Made by a program: the position numbers and the translations under genes
Assembly (NCBI GenBank): GCA_004431415.1
Contig: QPMI01000494.1
Span: forward strand, 585,766 to 649,765
Direction of reading: 5' to 3'
Length of the DNA stretch: 64,000 nt
Origin: Cyanophora paradoxa CCMP329
Lineage: Eukaryota; Plantae; Glaucophyta
Part shown: one piece after another, positions 48,601 to 61,500 of the stretch
Layout of the letters: each line of letters begins with the position of its first letter
Position numbering within the stretch: position 1 is the stretch's first letter
The notes under the pieces: model-generated
Told to the model about the DNA's origin: nothing
Databases searched by the model: none
What the model saw: the letters and a program-made list of their open reading frames with translations, nothing else

Positions 48601-51600
48601 CATTTCATTAGCGAGCTCTCCTGGCACATGACGCCTCGTCCTCCATGCAGGGTCATACACAAGGCACAGGCCCTGAAACTACTGAAGCCACCGGCACCTT
48701 GTCAGGGGACGTAAGTCTCATCAAAATACTCAGCCCGCAGTCCTGGCCCAGCCTCGGCACCGCAGACAGTGCGCATGCGCGCAACAGCACAAAATCCTCT
48801 CAAATTACTGCAACACGCGTTCGACTAATATTTTGCCTGATTTCCTTTCCAGCGCCATCGCTGTCATTCGGAACAACTGGAGCATATGCAATCAGCATTC
48901 CAGCTATCACATTCGATTCGACTGGTGCGCGACTCTGTACATGCGTCCTGCGCAACAAAGACTGCGGGGCTCGGACAAATCCAGTACTAGTAGTGATGCT
49001 GGTGCTCGGATCGCGCGCGCGCATGCGCAGTTACCATTGAGTTCAGGATGAAGCTGACCCAACAGCAAGACGATAACACGTGTATTTTCGGTGCGTGTGA
49101 ACGTTCGTGCCCCGGCCCCCGCCTGAACCAGCACTTGACTTTCGGCATCGTGCACGGGATGCAGAGTTCAGCACTCAGGGAAACGACCTTTTGGCTCTGT
49201 ATTTCGCGAAGGATGCTGGATCCACTTTGAATTATCTCAAGCTGAAGGTCTCCAACGGAAACTCAAGCTCGAGCAATGCCACTTCGGTAACCCGCGTGCT
49301 CTTCCGCGATCCTACCCAAGGAGGTCAGATCAATGTGCGTGAATCTTTTGCCTGAATTATGGCCCTTCACGCTTAGCTGTAACATCGAACGCTGCAGGTA
49401 AATGTTTGGTGCGCTTTGATAGTTTGAGATTCGATTAATACTGCGCTTGCATTCGCGAACTGACCCTTTTTAACGTTTCTGCTCTCGTGATCGCTGACCT
49501 TCACTTTTCGAAGGTACCACATCGGTAAGTCGGCTTGCAATATTGATGAAGCATCATCTTGCGCCCCGATATATAACGATGTGCTAGCGAAAGAACTTCG
49601 GAATGAACTGATTAAATGATTGCGCAGTAATTTCCCCGATTCAGAACGGCGTCCTTTATCATTACTTGAACAACCAAGTGGGGCTCGTGGCAGCCCCGAG
49701 CCCATTCACGCCGCCATTCGTTTCGAGAGCGTCGCGCAAAAGCAACTTCATCGTGCGCGATTCTGTTTAATTCCAGAATTTTAAGCTTGTCGCGTTAACG
49801 TTGTAGCGGCTAACCTTTCGTTCGACAGGGAAAGTCAAGCTTCGAAACGGTGCGAACTTTATATAATTACTATCGATAGTTAGTTAGGCGCACGACGAAG
49901 CCGATTATATCTAATTATGCGCGCTGCGCGCTTTTCAGACGCCTCCGATGAATGGAGTGATATTGGGTGGCTTCCGCCTGTGGAAGGGTTTCCTGCAGAC
50001 GTTCGATGTAAACAGCCTCTACACCGGCGGAAGCTTAGTGGGCGTCGTGCAGCTGTACTGCAAGTTTGACGACGACCCCACGGTGCGCCGTCGACTACCC
50101 CCGCATATATACGTAGAATACATGAGCACTAGTACCAAATTTGAGACTCACGGCAGGCAACAAAAATCACGGTGAAATTATCTCAATTCCAATTGCGCGA
50201 GAGCGCTCTAATAACGCTCTGAAAATCGGGAAAACGAGCAGGACTACAGCGGTCAGAACCTCCACGGCACTCGGGTCACTCTGGGGTCGACGTCCGGGTC
50301 CGGATCTCCCGGATCCGGATCCGGCGCTTCGAATTCAAGCGTCAGCGTGACACCAACTCCGATCGCGAACCCCGCCGGGTCTTCAAATACCAGCGGCGCT
50401 GTTGGCGGCTCAACCGCACCCACGCCGGCTCCGGCGCCCCTGTCCACTCCTGGAGCCACAGCTCCCGTTGCGCCCCCGACGGTCTCGGCCGGAAGCCCGC
50501 CCAGCGGCGGCTCTTGCACCGCCTCGCCCGCCACTGTCAAGGCTGTCATCGACAAGGTCACGGTCCGCGCGGCCAAACTTTTCGAGGAATGGGGCACATT
50601 CGACTATATGCACAATGCGCACGCGTGATCATAACTGTCTGACGCACAGGTGACTTGCACCGGTTGGGGCGCGAGCGCCTTCCCTCTCACGTGCGACATT
50701 ACCTAGAGCTCGAGCTTTACTTTCATCCTCGTCTAGATCTAAGACATCGATCGAATAGCGAACATAATACGAGAAGAATAACATATACAAAAACGTAGCG
50801 AACACGAAAACATATGCGAACATATGCATGTATACGTATCTAAAACTTCGCGACAGCTACACCGTGACCGGCACGGGCTACTCGAGCGACCTGGCGCGCG
50901 ACTCGCCCAACGCGACCTTCTTCTTCTTCTTCCCCTCTGTAAGCGCGCGGAATATAAAACTTAATTCACCGGGGCGTCAAAGATAATTTGCTTACACATG
51001 TACGTACGTTTCGGTAGAGCACGGGCGGGTCGAATTCGTCGTCGCTCACGGTCAAGGTCAAGGACCCGAACGGCCTCTCTACAAACTTCGCCATCCCCAA
51101 CGCGGTCACCGTCCTGCCCACCGTCGACCCGTCCAAAACCGCCGACGCCCAGTTTGACGTTCGCCTTCGCCCTCTGTGCATGTCAATTTGCAGCCTCTAT
51201 TAGTTTGCTGCTAAATTGTGTCCCGTTGACAGGAGATGCTCACCACCTTCAACACGCAAATGGCCGAAATTACTGCTGTATGCAATGGATACAAGTTTCC
51301 TTCGGTCCTTTCTCACTTATTGCGCTCTCGCTAGGACAACACGATCTCGTTCGGGGAGAAGATGGCCAAGATTCTCGCCAACATCGAGTCGCTCAAGGCG
51401 TACTACTCGAAGGCCACCGGCACGGCCCTTCGCCGCGCCCTGCGCCAGACGGCCGCCGACCAGCTCGCTAAGCTCTCGGGGGCCCTCAGCCTCGCGATGA
51501 CGGTGCTCTCAGCTTAAATTTTGAGAGATTTGCTTCACTTCTCAGCTAACAATTACAAATCGACGTGTGATTACTTGCAACATTAATTATATTGTAATTA

Positions 51601-53193
51601 TCGTTACGCTCCGCATTCGCAGACGGTCACGACGGAGGCGACCAAGGCTGGCGTCGACTTGAAGGACCCTGCCGTGAGCCCCTGCCGCCATTTAAACTCG
51701 CTCGCACAATTCAAACATCGCCTGTGTGCGAAGACGGCCGGCGCCCTCGTCAACTTCTTCTCGGCGATCGCTCCCGTGGCGACGAAGACCGGGGCCCTCT
51801 CGGTTCGTGATCGTCCCTTTTCGCATCTTTGAATTTGCCCGCTCAAGCTCATCTCAACGTTTAACTCTGGCGCGCGCAGGAAAGCGCAGCCCTTCAGGGC
51901 ACGCAGCTCCTCCTGAAGGTCATCAAGGAGAATCCGGTGCGCCTTTTGCGAGACCATCCAGCGTACATTTTATTGACGGCCTAACTGCTGTTATATTACT
52001 TTCACATCATCTGATTGATGTTTTTTCGTAATAAGAACCTCGCCAACACACCCGGAGTCGATGCTGCGGTGCGTTGAAACATACATAAACATCGAGTTGT
52101 CGTGCAAACGGATATTAACGCGCACGCGCCCGGCGACCGAGCAGGCCCTCCAGCAGAGCCTTGCCGGGCTTGTCGCCGCCCTTCCCCCCACCTCCTCCGC
52201 GGCGGCCAGCATCCGCCAGGAGACTCAGAAGGCTCTTGCCGATGTTTCCGCGAGGGTGAATCTTTTCCTGCAATGAATGAATAACTTGCGATGAATTTGC
52301 GGGCCTGACCTTCCCTCTTTCCTCAACTCTCGACACAGATCACGCTGAGCAGCAACAACACCGCCTGCGGCGATCAGAATCCCAACCGCGCCGCCGGCGA
52401 TGTGAGCCCCAGGAGCTTCAAGGTCTGCCCGGGCAGCAATTCTCGCGGCCTCAATTTCCGCCCAACGGGAGCGAGCCGCGATGCGTCGGTGCGACACGTT
52501 TTCGAGTATTACAATTACTCCCTTCGGTCTTGCGCGCTGCGTGCGCAGCCAAAATATATATAAAGCACCCGGTGTGGCCGAATTGTTATTTGAATGTACT
52601 GAGGCCCGTGATCGCCCCCAGGTCATCTTCCCTAGCAACAGCAACGCCGGCGGTGACTTCCACGCCTCCATCTCCGAGCTGGCGGCCTCCTTTGCCAAGG
52701 CCCCCGCCGGCTACCGATTCCTGTCCCCGATCCTCGAGGTCACCGCCGCGTCGCTGGCCGGGCAGCTCACGCAGTTCCCCGGCGGCATCCAGTTCGACAT
52801 CCCGGCCACTGGCTCCGTCGCCACGGGCCAGAGCGTCTCCCTCCGCTGGCTCGACACGGATGGCTCCTGGAAGACGGATGGCTGCAGCGCCGTGAGCCGG
52901 TCCAGCGCGGGCAGCGGGGCCTACTCCGCCACGTGCAACCACCTCACCGCGGTACGCGCCTTCCCGAGCCCTTCCATATCGCATGCATAAGCGCACAGCT
53001 TCGATTTCCATTTACGCCGCGATATGTAAACGCCCACCGGGACTGATCGTGACCGGCCTCGCAGTTCGCGCTCCTGGCCGACTCTTCGTCCATTGGCTCT
53101 CCCTTCGTTTCCGCGGGCGTCGAGCTCGCCTCGTCGGCCCTCATGGCGAGTCTCGTGGCTGCGGCGGCCCTCCTGTTGTCCCGCTTCCGTTAG
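45659..53193 (+). CDS. Cell-surface protein: signal/TM, three concanavalin-A/LamG-like repeats, a P/S/T linker, a GAIN/GPS motif and a hydrophobic C-tail
   Basis: Three repeats carry W(Y)H(V/I), YL(NG/NN) and (Y/I)LGG(F/L)R(I/L)W...Y.(K/R)FD. The GPS motif is WKTDGC...ATCNHLTA|FALL, followed by ASSALMASLVAAAALLLSRFR* with TAG at 53191-53193. Confidence 0.8.
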
Positions 53194-53445
53194 AGAGATT
53201 TTCGATTTTTCACATGTGATAGCTCTCGAGTCTTGCAGCTGCATCCATACGTACGCGTAACTTAGTTGTAGTAGTAGTGAACACGTGCGCATGCGCGCCC
53301 GCGGTCATCTGCATACGCGTAGTTGGATGCAATAAATGGACACAAAAAAAAATTCGAACATGCAGGAAATTCGAACATGCAACTGCGCCGAATATTAATG
53401 GGCGAAACATGCAAATGAGAACGTCACTCGCACGCGAACGGATCC

Positions 53446-53896
53446 CAGGGCCAGAAATTCGAATCGGCAGGTAAATCAAACGTGGTCGGGGGGGCCTGCG
53501 CCACCGGCCTGCCATCCCGCCCCCGGCCCGGCTGGGGGGGTCTGCGAATGCCCTGCTTGCACTCCGTACCCCTGAATGCGGGCAGCGGCCCTCCTCAAAA
53601 ACCCGCCATGCCCCTCTCCCGCAGACTGCAGATTCGCTGACTGCAGGAAAACGGTTTGAGCTGTTCGAATTTATCATACATACATTTGTTCAACAAGAAT
53701 GAATGGAAGGCTAGAGGAGGAATGAATGGAAGGAATGTAACAGAGATCGATATACGTATACGTTGCAGGAAATCGAATTTTGGTAGCAGGAATTTCAAAT
53801 AAATGGATACGGAGTGATCGATATCGATATCGGTGTCGGGCTGGCGCCGGCGCCTCCCCTCTTCCGGATCCGCGCGCGTGCTAATTTCAGGGCCTG
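53446..53896. mobile_element. Possible hAT-like MITE
   Basis: cagggccagaaatt versus right-end reverse complement caggccctgaaatt (12/14); no 8-bp TSD found. Confidence 0.35.
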
Positions 53897-54083
53897 GCTC
53901 AGGATTCCGAAGGGCTTCAATTCATCCGATGATCATTATATGAACTTCAGCTGATATCGATTATTTTGAGATTGAAAGGCGAAATACAACTACAAGCTTA
54001 AGATAAGAAGGAAGATTACATGCAATTTTAATGATTGATCATGAGCTCACGCTCACGGTTGCGGTGTAGCTCAAGAAAGCTAC

Positions 54084-56669
54084 TTACATTGAATGGAAGG
54101 CTAGAGAAAGAGATTGGTACGTAGCAGGAATTCGAATGAAGGGCCGCCGGGCCGCGGAGTGATTGATTGGCATCGGTAGCAGACACATATAATTTACACT
54201 TTGCGCGGCTATACATGCGCCGCAGTCGATGCACGCGTGGATTCGCGCGGAGGCTGCAGCTGGCGCCCGCGCCTCGATATCGCTGGAGGCGGAGGCGGAG
54301 CTCGAGCGGACGTCGATGCTGGCGACGGAGGGGGACCGGAAGATGGTGTTGGAGCGTCGCAGGCGGGCCAGGTCCTGGTCCTTCTCCAGGAGGGGCGCCA
54401 GCGGGTGCTTGGGGTCGAGCAGGCGGCCCACGAACATGCCGAGGGTCATGAACAGAACAAAGGCAAGGGCCGAGGGCTCCAGCACGGCCGCGTTGAGGAG
54501 GGCCGGGCCGGTGCACAGGCCGCAGAGGCCCCAGCCGGCGCCAAAGATGCCCGCCCCGCCGACGAGCCGCACCGTGACCCTCTTCTGCTCGAGCGCGAAG
54601 TCGGACCGTTACAATCCATCTCGATTGGCGGTGACGCTTGCCCGAGAACAACGCGAACACGAACCTGCTGATCCTTTGTAGGCGTGTGGAACTTCTCTGC
54701 GAAGTCGCAGTTAGTAATCGTCTGTACATGTGCGCCTGACCCTCATTAACAGCAACCGAGCTCACTCGCGATCAGCGGGCCGTCCATGCGGCGAATTAAT
54801 GCGAAGTAAAGGATAAGCTTTGGCACAATGGCGCCACCCGCAACAAAGGCAAGCGTTGGGTTCCAAACGTCCCTGAGAGATGGAGACGTCAGGTCTTCCG
54901 GCAGCGAACTTTCGCGCTGCAATATTAATTGGGATTTGAGCGAGTCGGACGCACCCGACATTGAGGAAGCCCAGAACCTGCTCGGGCCTCGACATTCCGG
55001 AGAAGCACAGGCCGATCCCGATGACGGCCCCTGTAATCGCGATCAGTTTTGCGTGGCTTTCTGTATATGTGTGGATTGGATTTTTGTTACCGCAAAATAC
55101 TAGTACTGCTGAGACTTTTTGGAGGGCGTAGGTCGGGATGACCTTGATGCCACGTGGGTGGCTGAAGACGACCAAAAGAACGGCGAGACTCGCCGCGACG
55201 CCAAAGGTCACGCACATCGCGACGAGTGTCCCCGTGTCGGGGGGAAAGAACGCCGCAACCGCGTGCTGCCCTGCGCGCCCGCGAGTCAAGTCAAGATCCA
55301 TGAATCTACAATTGGATTGCCCTCCAAATTAAAGCGGACCACTCCAGTTTCTGGCGGCGGCGTTAGAGACGAGTATGGCGGTGCTGGTGAAGGTGGCCGA
55401 CGCGGACCCTCATGAACAGCAACCGAGCTCACTCGCGATCAGCGGGCCGTCCATGCGGCGAATTAGCGCGAAGTAAAGGATAAGCTTTGGCACAATGGCG
55501 CCACCCGCAACAAAGGCAAGCGTTGGGTTCCAAACGTCCCTGAGAGATGGAGACGTCAGGTCTTCCGGCAGCGAACTTTCGCGCTGCAATATTAATTGGG
55601 ATTTGAGCGAGTCGGACGCACCCGACATTGAGGAAGCCCAGAACCTGCTCGGGCCTCGACATTCCGGAGAAGCACAGGCCGATCCCGATGACGGCCCCTG
55701 TAATCGCGATCAGTTTTGCGTGGCTTTCTGTATATGTGTGGATTGGATTTTTGTTACCGCAAAATACTAGTACTGCTGAGACTTTTTGGAGGGCGTAGGT
55801 CGGGATGACCTTGATGCCACGTGGGTGGCTGAAGACGACCAAAAGAACGGCGAGACTCGCCGCGACGCCAAAGGTCACGCACATCGCGACGAGTGTCCCC
55901 GTGTCGGGGGGCACGAAAGCCGCAACCGCGTGCTGCCCTGCGCGCCCGCGAGTCAAGTCAAGATCCATGAATCTACAATTGGATTGCCCTCCAAATTAAA
56001 GCGGACCACTCCGGTTTCTGGCGGCGGCGTTGGAGACGAGTATGGCGGTGCTGGTGAAGGTGGCCGACGCGACAATGGACCGGAGGCTGAGGCGGCTGAC
56101 GCCGCAGATCATGTGCCCGCTCGTGCAGCCGTTCGAGACGTGCGCCCCGAACCCCACCAGGATCCCTCCGAGGGCGTATTGCCAGACGGGGAAGGGGAGA
56201 AGGGGCGCGAAAGCCGGTAGGTACGCCGCGTAGGATATCCAGGCCCCGATGATCATGCCGCAAACGACGCACACACGCTCGTGGACGGCAGAGACTGCGC
56301 AAGGGGGCCGGCTCATGATCATGATCAGCGACTGTTTGCAATTTTGCATCGATATCCGATGCGAAATCTACACATTTAAATCTATAATATTAATATGTAC
56401 ATCCGTATCAACGAGACGCACTGTCCGGGCCAGAGAAGACGGCGGCCGCCCATGTTCCGCTAATACCTTCGAATTCGCGTCAGTCCGCGGCCGTAAGAAA
56501 TTAGAGACAGGCTACTAAGGTTCTCAGCGTTGCGTCCGATGGATGGTCTCATATAATTACCTGCAACGCGCCCGTTCACGACAAGCAGCAAGAAGGCACC
56601 AAGCCCGAGGACCAGGCCGCCGACGCTGGATTCGAAGGGAACGAATGTTGGCACGCGTACGGCCGCCAT
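54084..56669 (-). CDS. YeeE/YedE family sulphur (thiosulfate) transporter, fused two-domain form; stop position uncertain
   Basis: NGRVAG|ISG, GGILVGFGAHVSNGCTSGHMICGVSRLSLRS, GIGLCFSGMSRPEQVLGFL, WNPTLAFV and GAGIFGAGWGLCGLCTGPAL. Confidence 0.9.
54738..56071. repeat. 667-bp tandem duplication inside the YeeE/YedE gene (54738-55404 and 55405-56071)
   Basis: Near-identical copies with about 8 substitutions counted by eye; duplicated ORFs in the track are offset by 667 bp. Confidence 0.95.
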
Positions 56670-58539
56670 ACTTCGAACTCCTAGGTCTTCGAATTCGCGC
56701 AGCTGCAAAAGCCGGGCCGCCGGGCGGATGCGCCTTTTCAAAGCCCGACGATATTTACGGCAATTGCAAGTGTCCGACGGTCAATAAGCCGCCGGGACGA
56801 CAAGCCTGTCCAGCAACAGACTGGCTGAAGATCTAGCCGCTGATCATGAGATATAGAGCTGCCTGACGCCTGCGGATATATACGTACGTAGACACGTGCA
56901 GGCGCACGTGGAGCCTGGCAGATATTGATCCGATATCGATGATCCTCCCTTCAGACCAGATCTAGAGGGCAGCGCTGCCTGCTGCAGCGCGCGCCAGCCC
57001 CGCGGGTGCTATGTTAAAGCTTAAGTGCGTTTTCGACTTGAGAAGCCAACGTTAACTACGTATACGTATACTAAAGCTATAGCTAGTGCGCCCAACTCGA
57101 GCACTCCGGGGGATCCGCCAGCTTGGCCTCGACCAACCCTAGTCGATGAGAGACTCTGAGACCTCGGAGGAGTCAGCTGCAGAACCTGCACAGGCTAGCG
57201 CTGTGACAGGCTCAGCGGCTGCACTGCGGATCATGCGGATCATCGGATCCCGGATTGATGGGCCGGGATGCTTCAGACTCGAGCTCCACTGGGCCAGCCT
57301 CCAGCTAGCTGCAGATCTAGAGGCAGCAGACGGGCTGAGAGCCTGAGACTCGGAGACGTCGACGGCCCCGGCCCGCAGCTGCAGACTGCAGTGCCGCATG
57401 CGCACCGCGGCACTGCCAGGCTGCGGCCGCGTGCGCGTGCGCGAGACCGCGCGCCGAAACGCGTGATCATCGGATCGGACCATCGGAATCATCGGATTCT
57501 ATCGACATCGGTTTCGATGCTGGCACTGCGGCATGTCATGCCAGCGCAGTAGCCTAGTAGCCTAGTAGTAGCGCAGCACTAGCGCTCAGTGCCTGACAGT
57601 GACAGTGCGCCGCTCACTGGCACAGTCTGGCAGTCACTGCCGCTGACTCAGTGAGCCTCGACTAGAGACTCAGTGACTAGTACTAAGTAAGTCAGCCGGC
57701 CCGCGCTACAAACTTGAAAACGCGTGAAGTCGCCGTGAACCTAACTAGTCGAAAATTACTCGAAATACATGAAGTCGAAACGCGTGAACCGAAGGCAACT
57801 TGAACCGTCGCGCGATTTATTTTTTTCGCCGCCAAAATCGTTGGAATCGTGAGTCATTCGTGACTACGACGAGGCTCGTGACTCCTGTACCCAGTGTACC
57901 GTCGCCGCGGCGTCGCGTCGTACGGTCCGACTCGTACCGGCCGGGCGCACCGTACCGTCGGCCGCGGTCCCGGGAGTCCGTCGCCGGTCCGTCCGACGGC
58001 CGCGGTCCGACGGTCGGTGCAGCACTGCGGCAGCAGCAGCGTGCCAGCGACGGTGCTTCGCTATACGGACCTAAACTCAGTGACTAGAAATACTATAGTA
58101 CTTCGGAATGACTCGATCGGCGAGGGTATAAATCCGACGGGTTGCGGCCTTGCCGGGTATTCCAAGCGCGATCGGCGCCGACCCATCATAGTGTAGCGCT
58201 TCGAATTCGGGAGTCCGTTAACGTTATGCAGCGCGAGCGATCGCGATCGCAGACCTTCGAATTCTTCTGTTTTCTACACTACTAATTGCATGGTGATAGA
58301 ATACGGATAATCCATTAGATCTAGATCGCGCGGAATAAACTGCACTGCGGCATACGAAGCATAGCTGCGGAAAGTTGGACGATTTCATGGAGGGAAATGC
58401 TGACATCGGACCTATAGCTATTTAAACGATCGAAACTATGCTTTACACGCAAGTGACGCAACCTAAAGAAACGATCTTCGCCCTCACGATCGAAAATTCG
58501 AGCGTATACATGCGAGCGGAAGTCGACTCATATATATGG

Positions 58540-61500
58540 TCATTGCGCGATGGACGTGCGCCGGACAAGGGACGGAGCCCCCGGGGCCGGGGCCGGGGCC
58601 GGGGCGGCGGGGGCCGGGGCCGGGCCCGCCTCGGCCCTCCAGTGCTCGTAGTTGCGGCGGGCGCCGGAGAGCATCGTCTCCTTTACGCCGGGGAAGACCG
58701 ACGCCAGGGCGCCCTGGCGCGAACATAACAAATGCAAGAGCATAAGCCGGATCCGGACGGGGCAAAGGACGCACTGAAGGGGCTGATGGGGATGCCGAGC
58801 TCGCGCTCACGGTCGCCCTGCGCCGGATCCGGAGCTCGGTGAGAAGAAACGGCGACCGATTCTCGGGGTCCAAATTTTAAAAAGCTTCAAGGCTCCGTCA
58901 AGATCAAGACAGATCCCATCGCGAGTGTGCTTAAAGCCGCTGGGCGCTAATAAATCTCAAAGGGCGCGCCTGGCTCAGGAACTCGGACGCGATGCGCTCG
59001 GACCAGCTGACGTGCAGCGGGAGCGGCTTCGCCGCGTGCCTGCGAGAGCACGCCGCGTCAGGATTTTAATTCGAATGATCTCGACGAGCTCAATTCGTTG
59101 AAACTAGAAAGCAGGAGGACGTCGACATCGCACCCAATGTCGCAGGCCTGCGCATGCATATGCGGTCCCGGGCTCGTAGTCAGGGGCGGATGGGTGGGGA
59201 GAGAGCGAGCAAGCGGGCTGGGGTGGCCGGGAAAGCTGAGGCCTCCGGGGCTCAGGGGTACCGGTACGGACCTTCATCGCTACGGCGAGGAGGACCCGCC
59301 TGTCATCGCTCTGCGCCGGTACCCCCCCCCCGATTCAGATTCAGATTCAGCCGCCAGCGCGGGCCGCCTCATCATCAGTGAGGCTCGCGAGCCTGGAGGG
59401 GGGCGGGCGACGACGCGGATCCGGAGGGCTGTTGCACGAGGGCGGAGATGGAGGATCTGCGGAGGGATGCCGAGGCCGGGGCCGCGGGCCCCGCCGGCCC
59501 CGGGGGCGAGCGCGCGGATCCGGATCCCGGCGGGCCGCCCCCATCCGGCGGCTCCAAGGCGGGGCCCAGCACGCCGGCCGCCACGCGCTTCCTAAAGTCT
59601 GCACTCACATGAGATCTGGAATCGCGGAGCGGGGCCCGGGGGGTACTTACTTCCGAGGATCTCGAAGTCTGCGAGGAAGAAAAGGGCGTAACATGTACAT
59701 AAGATCAATAAGCCATGAGACCAGTAAACGGCCGAAGGCTTCATTATACTATACAAGAGCGGGCGCACGCTGGGCCATGTCGGTGGCGAGGACCATGTCG
59801 ATGACGGCGCGCCGCAGCTCCCGCACCTCGCCCCTCGGCATCGACTGCGGAGAAGAACGTACAATTTATATAAGTAGAAGAAGAAGGGTTAGAAGCTAGC
59901 TGAAGGCTGCCCTGCCAGGCTGCCAGGCTGCCAGGCTGCCAGGCTGCCAGGCTGCCAGGCTGGCTTGCGCTTGCCTGGAGGAAGTTGTGCTGGGGCTCGC
60001 GAAGGGCGACCCACGCCGCGCTCGCGTGGTGGCTCTCCAGCGGGCTGCCGCCAGGCGAAGGGCGCGCGAGATCAAATTAAAGGGGGCCGAACGCGCGCGA
60101 GGGGCGGGGCGGAGCGGGGCGGGGCGGGGCGGGGCGGGGGCGGACCTCCTGTCGTTGTAGAGGAGGGCGAGGGGGGCGGAGGTGTTCACGAGGAAGCTGC
60201 GCGGGGCCCGGACGCGCGCTTGTCGAACAGGGCGCGCGGTGAGCCGGTGTAAACAAGAAAGGCGCGCACTTGTTGTTCACGCCGGGCTGCGGTACGCGCG
60301 CGAGAGTTCGAAGCCGGGGGCGGCGAGGTCAGGGGCCGAATAAGGGTGCGAGTCGCGGGGCAGAGGCCTAGGGGGCCGGCCGAGGCTGCCGCGCACGTGC
60401 TCGTAGTCTGGACCGGAAACGTTAACCCGTCAGCGATGCTGGAATCCTTTGATTAAATTGACCCAAAGTAAAATGCACCGTGTATGATGCAGGCAATGAG
60501 GGCGCCGAGCTTGTCCTCTGCGCAGCAAAACATAATTAAATAAAATCGCTTATGGGGCCTAAGAAGGCAGAGGATGCTGGACGGACCGTCGGAGAGGTGC
60601 GCGCCGACGCCGCCGCGCGTGAGGAGGCACACCATCGACTGCACGACGTCCGCCGCGTGCGCCCGGCTGCCGCCCCAGCGTCAGCCTCAGCCTCAGGTGG
60701 ATAAGATCCAAGGCCCAGCGGGGATCCAAGGCGCACTTGTGGTAGGGGTTCTCGAGGTACCGTAACTCGCAGTGCGCCACGAACCTGCGCGCCGGGCCAG
60801 CCGGGCCAGGCCGGGGCCTCAGAGGACAGCGGGGCGCCGACGGGGCGCCTCCGCTTCGAATTCGCCGATAAGCGGTAACTTTTAAGATCTAGATCTAGAT
60901 AGGGACTGTTACAATCAGGTACATTAATTTAGTTACTTTATCTTGTTACTTTACAGGTTGCATGGTGCAATTTATATGCGTAGAGCGGCGCACGCGGCGA
61001 AGCGGTCGAGGTGGACCCTGGCGCCGAGCTTGTGGGCGATCCCCAGCGCCTCCACCGCCGCCAGGCTGCCGCGAGGGGAGTCAGCCCGAGCCAAAGAGGC
61101 AGGCCTGATAAGCTTAGATGAGGTTAGCTTAGAGCTCTTCATACTGAGCTCAGGTCAGCTTCAAGGCTTAGTGGGCCAGCGTGATAGTCTCGCAAAGTGT
61201 AGATAAAAGCGGGGCGGGACGGGACGGGGCGGGGCGGGGCGGAGGCGGGCCAAAGAGTCAGGCTTCATAAGCTAAAAGTGAACTCAGGTACGCTTTAATT
61301 TATAAGCTCGAAAAAATAAGAGCCTGGTCGTCTCGCATTTCTAAAGGCGGGGCGGGGCGGGGGCGGGCCTGGTGAGGAGGAGGGGCCGCCCTGTGGCGCG
61401 GTCGAGCTCGAAGGGGTCGAAGGCGTCCCACGCGTCCACCGCGGGGAGCACCCGCCACGCCCCCGCCTCCAGCTGCGATCCCCAGCCCCGCCCGTGTAGC

